Shown in pieces: positions 7,406 to 15,230 of a stretch of DNA of 32,818 bases. The notes under the pieces are model-generated. The model was given only the letters and a program-made list of their open reading frames with translations, was not told where the DNA came from and did no database searches. The stretch is from assembly GCA_964419015.1 (NCBI GenBank), contig CAYQNM010000003.1, positions 1-32,818 on the forward strand, read 5' to 3'. The first letter of the stretch is position 1. Each line of letters begins with the position of its first letter. A program made the position numbers and the translations under genes. The stretch is from an uncultured Candidatus Saccharibacteria bacterium (GTDB lineage Bacteria > Patescibacteriota > Minisyncoccia > 2-02-FULL-40-12 > GWA2-44-9).

Positions 7406-7673
7406 GAACGAACCGAGCGTGGGCAAACCAGACAAGACGAGCACCATCACCGGAAAGGAGCTATCGGAGAGAAACAGGCGGGCGTTCGGCGCGACGCAAA
7501 CAGCAGATACACAGGACCGGCAAAGCGGGACAAGGGCATGGCTCCTTAGGAACAACACAATCGGCCGCTCGACACTACGAAGTCCCCTACTTCTTGAAAG
7601 AAACGGTATCCGCCCACGCCCGGGTGCAAGTGTGCTCCATTACTATGAAGCATCTATGAACGCGGCAAACCCG

Positions 7674-9509
7674 TTAGTTTTTCTGACTGCGCTTATATTT
7701 GTCCCTATCGGTTTTGCGCAGGTAGCGCTTACGGAGGCGAATGGACTGGGGTGTGACTTCGAGGAGTTCGTCGTCCTCGATAAAATCGAGCGCCTGTTCC
7801 AATGACATGATGACCGGGGGCGCCAGAATAATCATGCCGTCCGATGATTTTGAACGCATGTTGGTAAGTTCCTTGCCCTTGCAGACGTTGATGTCGATGT
7901 CTTCCTTGCGCGAATTGAGCCCGACGATCATGCCCTCGTAGACCGGCGTGCCGGGAGCGACGAACGTCGTACCGCGGCCTTGCGCGACTTCCAGGCCGAA
8001 CGCCACTGCCTGGCCGGACTCGGAGGCGAGCAATACGCCATTGCGGTCGCGGGGCGGTAGGTCGGCCAGCGGTTCATGCTTGAGATAAATGCTGTTGATG
8101 ACAACCGTGCCTTTCGTGGCAGTCATCAAAATCGTGCGCAGCCCCAAAAATCCGCGCGTGGGGATGTGGTATACTATGCGCGTAGTGCCGTTGGTATGGT
8201 TCGTGAGATTAACCATTTGCGCGCGACGCTTGCCGAATTCGGTCGTAATCGCACCGACGTATTCCTCCGGCACATCAATCGTCACTTCTTCAACGGGCTC
8301 GGTTTTAATTCCATCGGTTTCCTTGATAATGACTTCGGGCTTTGAAATTTCCAACTCGAACCCTTCGCGCCGGAGCGTTTCGATAAAAACGGACAGATGC
8401 AACTCGCCACGACCGGACAAAAGATACTGACTGCCTCCCAGCGGCTGGAGGCGGAACCCGATGTTGGTTTCCAGCTCACGCTCCAAACGCTCCCCGATCT
8501 GGCGAGAAGTGACGAACGTTCCCTCTTTGCCCATGAACGGCGACGTATTGGGCCCGATGGTAATGCGCAACGTCGGCTCCTCGATAGCGATCGCGGGTAA
8601 GGCATCGGGATTGCGTGGATCGGCGATGGTGTCACTGATATGCGCGCTGGCCGCGCCTGTGACGGCAATAATATCGCCCGCCACGGCCTGCGGGACTTCG
8701 ATGCGCTTGAGCCCCTGGTACACGAAGACTTTTTCGATCGTGCCGGACTCTTTCTTGCCATCAGGATTGACGATGGCGACGTTTTGGCCGGGCATAACGG
8801 TGCCTCGTGCCAGACGACCGATGGCGTACCGGCCCTGATAATTGTCGCGATCTAGCGCCGCAACAAGCATCTGGAACGATCCGAATTCGTCCGCAGCCGG
8901 AGCCGGGACGTACTCCAGGATTTTCTCAAAGAGCGGACGCAAATCCCCGCCCGCGGCAAGTTCTTCTTTGGTCGGCAAATGATCCCACGCGCGGCCCTCG
9001 CGGCCGATAGCATACATAATCGGGAATTCAAGCTGGCTCTCGTCTTTGGCGAGATTCAGGAATAGGTTCGTTGTTTCGTCGATCGTACCCGCGATGTCCG
9101 CGCCGGGCTTGTCGATCTTATTCACCACGACGATGACCTTCAGGCCGAGATCGAGGGCCTTTTTCAAAACGAACTTGGTCTGGGGCATCGGTCCCTCCTG
9201 GGCATCCACGAGCAACAGCGCGGCGTCGGCCATGTTGAGCGTGCGCTCGACTTCTCCGCCGAAGTCGGCGTGGCCCGGCGTATCCACGATGTTAATTTTC
9301 GTGTCGCCGTATGTGACGGCCGTGTTCTTGGCCAAAATGGTAATCCCCCGCTCGCGCTCAAGCTCGTTGGAATCCATGATGAGGTCCTGACCCATCTCTT
9401 CGGCCTTGGCATGGAACGTATTGGATTGCTTCAGCAAAAAATCCACGAGCGTGGTTTTGCCGTGGTCAACGTGGGCAATAATGGCGATGTTGCGGATATT
9501 TTTCGTCAT
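7674..9509 (-). CDS. typA: Translational GTPase TypA/BipA
   Basis: MTKNIRNIAIIAHVDHGKTTLVD (G1), DTPGHADFGGEVER (G3), NKIDK (G4), then EF-G-like domains. The ATG at 9509 is the family-typical start. The ORF-track extension to 9659 is rejected. Confidence 0.95.
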   Translation of the reverse strand: MTKNIRNIAIIAHVDHGKTTLVDFLLKQSNTFHAKAEEMGQDLIMDSNELERERGITILAKNTAVTYGDTKINIVDTPGHADFGGEVERTLNMADAALLLVDAQEGPMPQTKFVLKKALDLGLKVIVVVNKIDKPGADIAGTIDETTNLFLNLAKDESQLEFPIMYAIGREGRAWDHLPTKEELAAGGDLRPLFEKILEYVPAPAADEFGSFQMLVAALDRDNYQGRYAIGRLARGTVMPGQNVAIVNPDGKKESGTIEKVFVYQGLKRIEVPQAVAGDIIAVTGAASAHISDTIADPRNPDALPAIAIEEPTLRITIGPNTSPFMGKEGTFVTSRQIGERLERELETNIGFRLQPLGGSQYLLSGRGELHLSVFIETLRREGFELEISKPEVIIKETDGIKTEPVEEVTIDVPEEYVGAITTEFGKRRAQMVNLTNHTNGTTRIVYHIPTRGFLGLRTILMTATKGTVVINSIYLKHEPLADLPPRDRNGVLLASESGQAVAFGLEVAQGRGTTFVAPGTPVYEGMIVGLNSRKEDIDINVCKGKELTNMRSKSSDGMIILAPPVIMSLEQALDFIEDDELLEVTPQSIRLRKRYLRKTDRDKYKRSQKN

Positions 9510-9558
9510 GTGCAAAGAAAAACTCCGGACTGCGGAGTCGTTTCCCTTCAGAGCGTCT

Positions 9559-9587
9559 ATTATAGCACATCGGTGCGGCCGACGCAA
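9559..9587 (-). promoter_or_regulatory. typA promoter TTGCGT-17-TGcTATAAT
   Basis: On the minus strand the -35 TTGCGT is at 9587-9582, the spacer is 17 nt, and TGC+TATAAT is at 9567-9559. The ~43-nt leader contains a small hairpin (ACTCCG..CGGAGT). Confidence 0.6.
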
Positions 9588-9597
9588 CGGCGGAAAT

Positions 9598-10725
9598 ATG
9601 GACATACTTATTGGTTTATGGTATAAGTGGGCAGCGTCTTTTACAACATGGTATCCCATGACATGGTTCAGGTGGTTGTTTGGACCATTGCCCGAATGGT
9701 GGTGCGTTGCCTTCTATGCTTTTGGCGGATTTTGGGGAGCGCATTTGTTCTTCTGGGCGCAAGGTTTTACGAAAACCCTTTTCGGAAAAGAGCTCTCTGC
9801 AAAAATAGTTTCTCTGGGGAAATGCAAAGGTAATGCTACAAATGAAGAAATTCAAGCCTCCACGCCGGTCGAATTCTTATCTGCCATAATAATACTTTTT
9901 ATGGCCGTGGTCGTAGCCATAGGCCCAGCAGGAGGAAAGGTTAGCTTCTTTGACGGGTTTCCCTGGTACATCAGCCTTAAAATGTACGGCATCGGGGCGC
10001 TTCTGAACATCATGATGCACGGAGTCATCGCCCTTGCAATAAAAGTCCCGCACTCTCTGTCGTTATTCAAACAGTGGTGTGACAGGCAGGTTGACGCCTG
10101 GAAAAGTCGGAAGAGCGAAAACCGGATTGCATATGCCCGAACATCAAAGGCCATCATGGCCCGATGCACGGCGGGTATCGAACGGGCGCATCGCATCATG
10201 ATCAGCGCTAATTCAAATACGATGGCGTTCATGGAAGCGACTAGCAATCTGATGACGTTCCAGGAAAAAATACTCGCTCTGCGGGATCGGATCGTCCAGG
10301 CCATGGCCGAAGCCGGATCCGACAGCATTGAGCGCACCCAGGCGGAGATCGATACGCTGTTCGGGACAAAGCTGGCGTCTCTGGGCATGCCGATCATCGA
10401 CGCACTCAAGCGGGAACGGGCGGATTTGATCGAGATCAAGGAACGCATCGAGAGCGCGATCGAAGTCATCACGCTTGTCTGCGAGAACTTGTGGATTCCG
10501 GCGGCAGGAGCCCATGTGCATGCCGAGCAGGATTTCATGCTTGACCTTCAGCAACAGCTCACCCGCTTCTCCAGCGCAATCACCCAGAGCAAGGGATCGG
10601 AACTCCTGCGCCAGCTGGAGACCGGCGAGTTCACCAGCACCATCCAAGCCATGCTGAATCCCATCGCCAACTCCGCGCCGATACCGCCAACGCCCAGGCG
10701 CGAGGCGACCCTAAAAACGTCTTAA
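9598..10725 (+). CDS. Hypothetical membrane protein: N-terminal multi-TM region plus a C-terminal coiled-coil-like region
   Basis: ORF 9406..10725 trimmed to the ATG at 9598 (MDILIGLWYKW), since upstream codons overlap the typA start and promoter. It is divergent from typA. Confidence 0.55.
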   Translation: MDILIGLWYKWAASFTTWYPMTWFRWLFGPLPEWWCVAFYAFGGFWGAHLFFWAQGFTKTLFGKELSAKIVSLGKCKGNATNEEIQASTPVEFLSAIIILFMAVVVAIGPAGGKVSFFDGFPWYISLKMYGIGALLNIMMHGVIALAIKVPHSLSLFKQWCDRQVDAWKSRKSENRIAYARTSKAIMARCTAGIERAHRIMISANSNTMAFMEATSNLMTFQEKILALRDRIVQAMAEAGSDSIERTQAEIDTLFGTKLASLGMPIIDALKRERADLIEIKERIESAIEVITLVCENLWIPAAGAHVHAEQDFMLDLQQQLTRFSSAITQSKGSELLRQLETGEFTSTIQAMLNPIANSAPIPPTPRREATLKTS

Positions 10726-10736
10726 AGGTAAACCAA

Positions 10737-10760
10737 GAGCCCCTCCGGGGCTCTTTTGCT
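10737..10760 (+). terminator. Rho-independent terminator
   Basis: GAGCCCC-TCC-GGGGCTC followed by TTTTGCTTG, 12 nt after the stop at 10725. Confidence 0.7.
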
Positions 10761-10807
10761 TGTCCTGTTGAGGGGCACCACCCTCAACATGCCTGTATCG
10801 CCTCTGC

Positions 10808-12502
10808 TTACCAATGATAGGAACGATGCTCGGTTTTGAGATGGGACATGGCGTAATCCCAGCTTGAATTCACTTTTTTGCCGGGATTGAAGATGCCGCG
10901 CGGGTCGAAGATGCGTTTGATCTCCTCGAAGATAGCGTAGATACGATCGCCGTACATTTTTTTCAGAAACGGACTGCGGAGAAGGCCATCGTTGTGCTCG
11001 GCGGTGATAGAACCCTTGTATCGCAAAACGAGATCGTAAACCTTCTCGCTGATTTCGGGAATGATCTGCTTTGTTCTCGGGTCGGCCAAGTCCATCAGCG
11101 GGATGATATGAAAATTGCCGTTGCCAACGTGGCCGACCATGGAGTACGTCAGTTTGTACGGCTTGAGTAATGCTTGCAGTTCGGGCAAGAATTTCGGCAG
11201 GTGTTTGGGCAGGACAATGATATCATCAATGAACGGCGCGGTTTGCTTGTTCCTGATATGATGCCGCAAGAGGTTGAAACTCTCACGCCTGATCGTCCAG
11301 TATTTTTTGATCTCATGCTCATTTTTGGTGAGCCGGACTTTCAGCCGGAACGACTCCAAATCGCGTTTGGCCAGTCGTGCGGCAGTGTCGGCCGCCGCTT
11401 GAGTCGCGCCCGTGAATTCCGCCATCAGTACCATCTTTGGAATACCACCAAACAGCGCCATACGCATTTCCGGCAAAAACTGCCACACCAGCGAAACAAC
11501 ATTACGCACACCGATTGATGTTATAAATTCCGGCATGTAAAGGATGGCGAGTTTGAGAGTCTTGTCATCGTACGATTCGAATGCTTCGGGTTTGTGAGCA
11601 AGCACCGTCGTGATGATTTCCGCAAGCCGTCCGATATCATGCAGAAACATAACCACTAATGCGGACGCCGGACGCGGCCGAACCAGATTGAACGTCAATT
11701 CGGTAACAAGCCCCAGCGTCCCCTGCGATCCAACGAATAATTTTGACAGATCGAATACGCCTCGCTCCCGATCCCACACATCCCATATCTGATATCCTGC
11801 GGAGTTCTTGGACACGTTGGGCCGGGAGGACGCGACGAGGTCCCGATTTTCGTTGAGCAGCTTGAATACGCCTCGATAGACATCTCCCTCGAACGTCGCA
11901 AGCGCGAGTTTTTTATCCAAAGACGCGCGATCAAGCGGACCGCATTCGATTTCGTTCCCGTCGCTCAACACGACCTTCAGGCGCTCTACGTAATCAATCG
12001 TTTTACCATAGGTCAGGGATTTTTCGCCGCCGGAATTGTTAGCAACCATACCGCCGACCGTGCAAATCTCGCGCGAGGCGGGATACGATGGCATGAGCCA
12101 GCCCTTTTCGAGCGTAGCCTTTTCAAAATCGCGATAAAAGACGCCGGGCTGGGTAATTGCAAAACCATCGCCCACTTCTTTGATCTGATTGAAGTGCTTG
12201 GCAACATCCACGACGATGCTTTCGGTGAGCGGGCCGCCTGTCATGTCGGTGGCGCCGGAACGCGGAGTGAGCGAGAGTTTCTCGTCGGGGTGGTCGCTCA
12301 CGAAGCGGATAATCTTGGCCAGGTCGCCGACATTCCGGGGTGCCACGATGACGCGCGGCCTTACCTCGAATAAGCTGGCATCGCGGCTGGCCGCGTCCAA
12401 GGAGGCCTCGTCGTCGGAGACTTCCCCGAGATTGAGCGCGCGAAGTTGTTCAGCAATCGTCATAGGCCGTATTGGTACGCTCGTCTTCGACAAGCGGGCC
12501 AT
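10808..12502 (-). CDS. FAD-linked oxidase (GlcD / FAD_binding_4 plus FAD-oxidase C-terminal domain family)
   Basis: Motifs PRSGATDMTGGPL, ICTVGGMVANNSGG, GHVGNGNFH and GSITAEHNDG. Start set at MARLSK (12502), supported by the promoter immediately upstream. Confidence 0.8.
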   Translation of the reverse strand: MARLSKTSVPIRPMTIAEQLRALNLGEVSDDEASLDAASRDASLFEVRPRVIVAPRNVGDLAKIIRFVSDHPDEKLSLTPRSGATDMTGGPLTESIVVDVAKHFNQIKEVGDGFAITQPGVFYRDFEKATLEKGWLMPSYPASREICTVGGMVANNSGGEKSLTYGKTIDYVERLKVVLSDGNEIECGPLDRASLDKKLALATFEGDVYRGVFKLLNENRDLVASSRPNVSKNSAGYQIWDVWDRERGVFDLSKLFVGSQGTLGLVTELTFNLVRPRPASALVVMFLHDIGRLAEIITTVLAHKPEAFESYDDKTLKLAILYMPEFITSIGVRNVVSLVWQFLPEMRMALFGGIPKMVLMAEFTGATQAAADTAARLAKRDLESFRLKVRLTKNEHEIKKYWTIRRESFNLLRHHIRNKQTAPFIDDIIVLPKHLPKFLPELQALLKPYKLTYSMVGHVGNGNFHIIPLMDLADPRTKQIIPEISEKVYDLVLRYKGSITAEHNDGLLRSPFLKKMYGDRIYAIFEEIKRIFDPRGIFNPGKKVNSSWDYAMSHLKTEHRSYHW

Positions 12503-12508
12503 GCCTTT

Positions 12509-12537
12509 AGCATACGGCCTTTGACTCTTCGGCGCAA
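12509..12537 (-). promoter_or_regulatory. Promoter TTGCGC-17-TATGCT, with the -10 box 6 nt upstream of the ATG at 12502 (leaderless-type)
   Basis: Minus strand: TTGCGC (12537-12532), 17-nt spacer, TATGCT (12514-12509), AAAGGC, ATG. Confidence 0.45.
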
Positions 12538-12565
12538 TCAAGCACGAGCGATGAAAAACAACTCT

Positions 12566-12594
12566 TTGACGTAGTGTCAACAGTATGCTAGTAT
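12566..12594 (+). promoter_or_regulatory. Promoter TTGACG-17-TGcTAGTAT of the RR/HK operon
   Basis: TTGACG at 12566-12571, TGC+TAGTAT at 12586-12594. The -35 lies inside the inverted repeat TTGAC-GTAGT-GTCAA. The ~100-nt leader contains the pairing GCATGAAGC / GCTTCATGC. Confidence 0.55.
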
Positions 12595-12701
12595 TTCGCT
12601 TCCGCAGCGTCCCGCCGCTGCATGAAGCGGTTACCCTATCCTTCATCTCGGCTTCATGCGGCGATTGGACACTCCATGCGTCATCATACAACGCAAACCT
12701 T

Positions 12702-13376
12702 ATGCGCATACTCATTATCGAGGACGAAGAAAAACTCGCCCAAGCCCTGAAAAAGGGTTTAGAGAAAGAAGGCTATGCCGTCGACTACATTCTTGAAGGA
12801 GAGGCCGGCCAGCGAAGAATCGAGATCAGTCATGGCGATTATGATTTGGTCGTTCTCGATCTGATGCTCCCCAAGAAAGACGGCTTCGAAATCTGCCGCG
12901 CTATTCGGGAGCAAAATATCACCATTCCCATTCTCGTACTGACTGCCCGCGATGCCACCGACGACAAAGTCAGCGCACTCGACAGCGGGGCGGATGACTA
13001 TCTGGTCAAGCCGTTCTCGTTTGAAGAACTGAATGCGCGCGTACGAGCGCTCTTGCGCCGTCCCGATCAGACGCTGCCGGTTGAATTGCAGATAAAAGAC
13101 CTCACACTGAACACTGCGACGCGCAAATCACATCGGAAAGGAAAAGAAATCCCGCTGACGCTCAAAGAATTCGGCCTCCTGGAATACCTCATGCGCCATC
13201 CCAACCAAGTGCTCACCCGCGAGCAAATCCTCGACCACCTGTGGGACTTCGCATTCGACTCGTTCAGTAACGTGATTGATGTTCACATGAAAAATCTCCG
13301 GAAAAAAATCGACAGCCACCACCATGACAAGCTCCTGGAAACAATTCGTGGCGTGGGTTACCGAATTAAGGGATGA
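12702..13376 (+). CDS. OmpR/PhoB-family response regulator
   Basis: MRILIIEDEEKLA, DLVVLDLMLP (phospho-acceptor Asp), LVKPF, and a winged-helix C-terminus (LTLKEFGLLEYL...RGVGYRI). The ATG at 12702 is the canonical start. Confidence 0.9.
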   Translation: MRILIIEDEEKLAQALKKGLEKEGYAVDYILEGEAGQRRIEISHGDYDLVVLDLMLPKKDGFEICRAIREQNITIPILVLTARDATDDKVSALDSGADDYLVKPFSFEELNARVRALLRRPDQTLPVELQIKDLTLNTATRKSHRKGKEIPLTLKEFGLLEYLMRHPNQVLTREQILDHLWDFAFDSFSNVIDVHMKNLRKKIDSHHHDKLLETIRGVGYRIKG

Positions 13377-14343
13377 TCCCTTCATTGGTCCGCGAATCAA
13401 ATTCACGCTCATTCACTTCTTCGTCGTCCTGATCGTTTTCACCCTGGGGTATCAGCTGACGCTGGTGTACAGGGACAAAGCTCTGATCGACTCATTGCGC
13501 CATGCAGCGATCCAGGACAGCGTACGGATGTATGTCGTCCGCCAGCTCGCACCCAGCTTCGCGCGGGTGACATTCTGGACGCTCGTCGGCATGGGAATTG
13601 CTGTCACTGGCATCAGCTATTTTCTGACTAGCATCACGCTCGCACAGATCCGCCAGATTGTGCGGGCTCAAAAACGCTTTATCGCCGACGCCTCGCACGA
13701 ACTGCGAACGCCGCTGTCGATCATCAAAGCCGATTCGGAAATCGCGCTCTTCGAAGGCCAGCGGATCACGACCGGGAATGCCCTCTCCACCATTCAGAGC
13801 AATCTGGAAGAAGTCGACCGCATGTCAAAAATCATTGAAAATCTCCTGGCGCTTTCGTATTACGACGCGCGGGTGACGGAAATCCCGTTCACCACCGTTG
13901 ATCTTGCCGATGTTGCGCGCCAACTCGTCAAAAATGCATGGAGTCTCGCCGAACGCAAGGGTGTTGTCCTGACGACCCAGGAGCTGCGACCGGCGCCGAT
14001 CCTGGGCAACGCGACCGCCATGGAACAGATGGTAATGAACCTCATCAAAAACGCGATTCTATACACACCCAGCGGTGGCTCCGTGTCAGTATCAGTAACC
14101 CGCCCACGTCCCGATTCCGCGGAGTTTTCCGTCCGGGATACCGGCATCGGAATCGCGGAAAAAGATTTGCCTCATATTTTCAATCCTTTCTACAAAGCCG
14201 ACCACTCGATCAGCAAAGAAGGAAGCGGGCTCGGTTTGACCATTGTCAAAAAGATCGTCGAACGGCACCACGGAAGCATCGCCATCGAGAGTGCCATCGG
14301 CAAAGGCACCCTCGTCACCGTTTCCTTTCCCATTCATGAGTAG
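13324..14343 (+). CDS. Sensor histidine kinase with two TM segments, a short external loop and no recognisable sensor domain (intramembrane-sensing type)
   Basis: H-box FIADASHELRTPLSII, N-box LIKNAILYTP, DTGIGI, GSGLGLTIVKKIVERHHG. The start is uncertain: the ATG at 13324 overlaps the RR gene by 53 nt, and a GTG at 13348 is an alternative. Confidence 0.85.
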   Translation: MTSSWKQFVAWVTELRDDPFIGPRIKFTLIHFFVVLIVFTLGYQLTLVYRDKALIDSLRHAAIQDSVRMYVVRQLAPSFARVTFWTLVGMGIAVTGISYFLTSITLAQIRQIVRAQKRFIADASHELRTPLSIIKADSEIALFEGQRITTGNALSTIQSNLEEVDRMSKIIENLLALSYYDARVTEIPFTTVDLADVARQLVKNAWSLAERKGVVLTTQELRPAPILGNATAMEQMVMNLIKNAILYTPSGGSVSVSVTRPRPDSAEFSVRDTGIGIAEKDLPHIFNPFYKADHSISKEGSGLGLTIVKKIVERHHGSIAIESAIGKGTLVTVSFPIHE

Positions 14344-14758
14344 TGCCCGACCGTCGATGCTCCACTCTAGTGTGGATGATGGCAGAGCGATTGACGGACG
14401 ACCGTTCCTATTTCGCCATGATTCACATCAGGTTCATATCAAAGTTCTACGATTTCTCTCGTACTGAATAACTCGTTCGCAACGTCCGTCTGCGGGATCC
14501 ATCTGGATCTCCGCTGGAGCGCTAACAACCGAAACGGGGCGCGAGCAACGGCCGCCGCAGGTAGCCGTCGGTGACGGTCGCGTCTTTCGGTTCATTATTC
14601 CATGGCCCAGTTTTGCGTTGCCGGAACGTATCCGGGACCGTCGTGTCGTTGGAGCGCATCGTTTCCTGTTGGCCGTTCCCCGCCTCCCTGATCAGAGTCG
14701 ATTGCCTACAATAATCATCTCATGACAAGCGATAGTAATGCCCATAAACAGCGCATTC

Positions 14759-14800
14759 AAAACAGCCCTCTTCTGGGCTGTTTTTGCATCTGCTTTTTTG
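14759..14800. terminator. Terminator-like hairpin in the long intergenic region (bidirectional shape)
   Basis: AAAACAGCCC-TCTTCT-GGGCTGTTTT followed by TGCATCTGCTTTTTT. No annotated gene ends nearby. Confidence 0.45.
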
Positions 14801-14877
14801 CACCTTCGCTTCACGTTCCTTTCACCGCAGTTGCCTAGTATCGAGGTAGAGTAAGGTAAAGTATTGTAATAACATAA

Positions 14878-14915
14878 CATGCTTATAATTGAACGTACGT
14901 TCAATTATAAGCATG
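14878..14915. repeat. 38-bp perfect palindrome CATGCTTATAATTGAACGT|ACGTTCAATTATAAGCATG
   Basis: The two 19-nt halves are exact reverse complements with no spacer. Each arm carries a TATAAT hexamer (14884-14889 on +, mirrored on -). Confidence 0.9.
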
Positions 14916-14954
14916 AGGTCGGTTGAAGTTCTTTCTCAAGGCTCTTTGGCAAAT

Positions 14955-15039
14955 TACGGATGAGCGGACGGGCCGTCCGGGGAACCTGCACCTTGATACA
15001 GGTGCAGGGGACGCTCGCCGTTACCTGAAGGCATCCGTA
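14955..15039 (+). promoter_or_regulatory. Candidate cis-regulatory RNA element (three-way junction) in the leader of the GH gene
   Basis: P1 is 14955-14962/15032-15039 (8 bp). Hairpin A is 14965-14970/14974-14979. Hairpin B is 14985-14992/15001-15008 (8 bp, 8-nt loop). A 23-nt joining strand follows. No known riboswitch class recognised. Confidence 0.3.
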
Positions 15040-15150
15040 TAACACATTGTAGTATCGACATGGTATCACTGCGCATTGCCTGTCGGCCCGATGGGGTCAT
15101 GAGGTGTTCTGGAGGGAGCGCCTTATGGCGAATCGGGTCGCATGTTGAAC

Positions 15151-15196
15151 CATGAAACACCAACCCCGGCGGACCCGCCGGGGTTGGTGTTTCATG
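15151..15196 (+). terminator. Strong hairpin / intrinsic-terminator-like attenuator 35 nt upstream of the GH start codon
   Basis: CATGAAACACCAACCCCGGCG-GACC-CGCCGGGGTTGGTGTTTCATG: 21 bp, perfect. The GC-rich upper stem is followed by TGTTTCAT..AATTTAAT. An alternative pairing of 15093-15108 with the 5' arm is possible. Confidence 0.55.
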
Positions 15197-15230
15197 GGAA
15201 TTTAATGCTACTACGCGATAGTGCACCCTG

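Noticed and set aside
7406-7640. tmRNA / RNase P RNA / SRP RNA in the typA-downstream region
   Set aside because: - tmRNA: a GGGGAC... 5' end and an AGTCCCC 3' strand exist, but position 3 would pair G-C rather than G-U. No T-arm abuts the acceptor strand, and there is no ..LAA-type tag ORF.
- RNase P: no GAGGAAAGTCC (P4) motif.
- SRP: the CCGGAAAGG segment is on the wrong strand and does not close a GGAA tetraloop.
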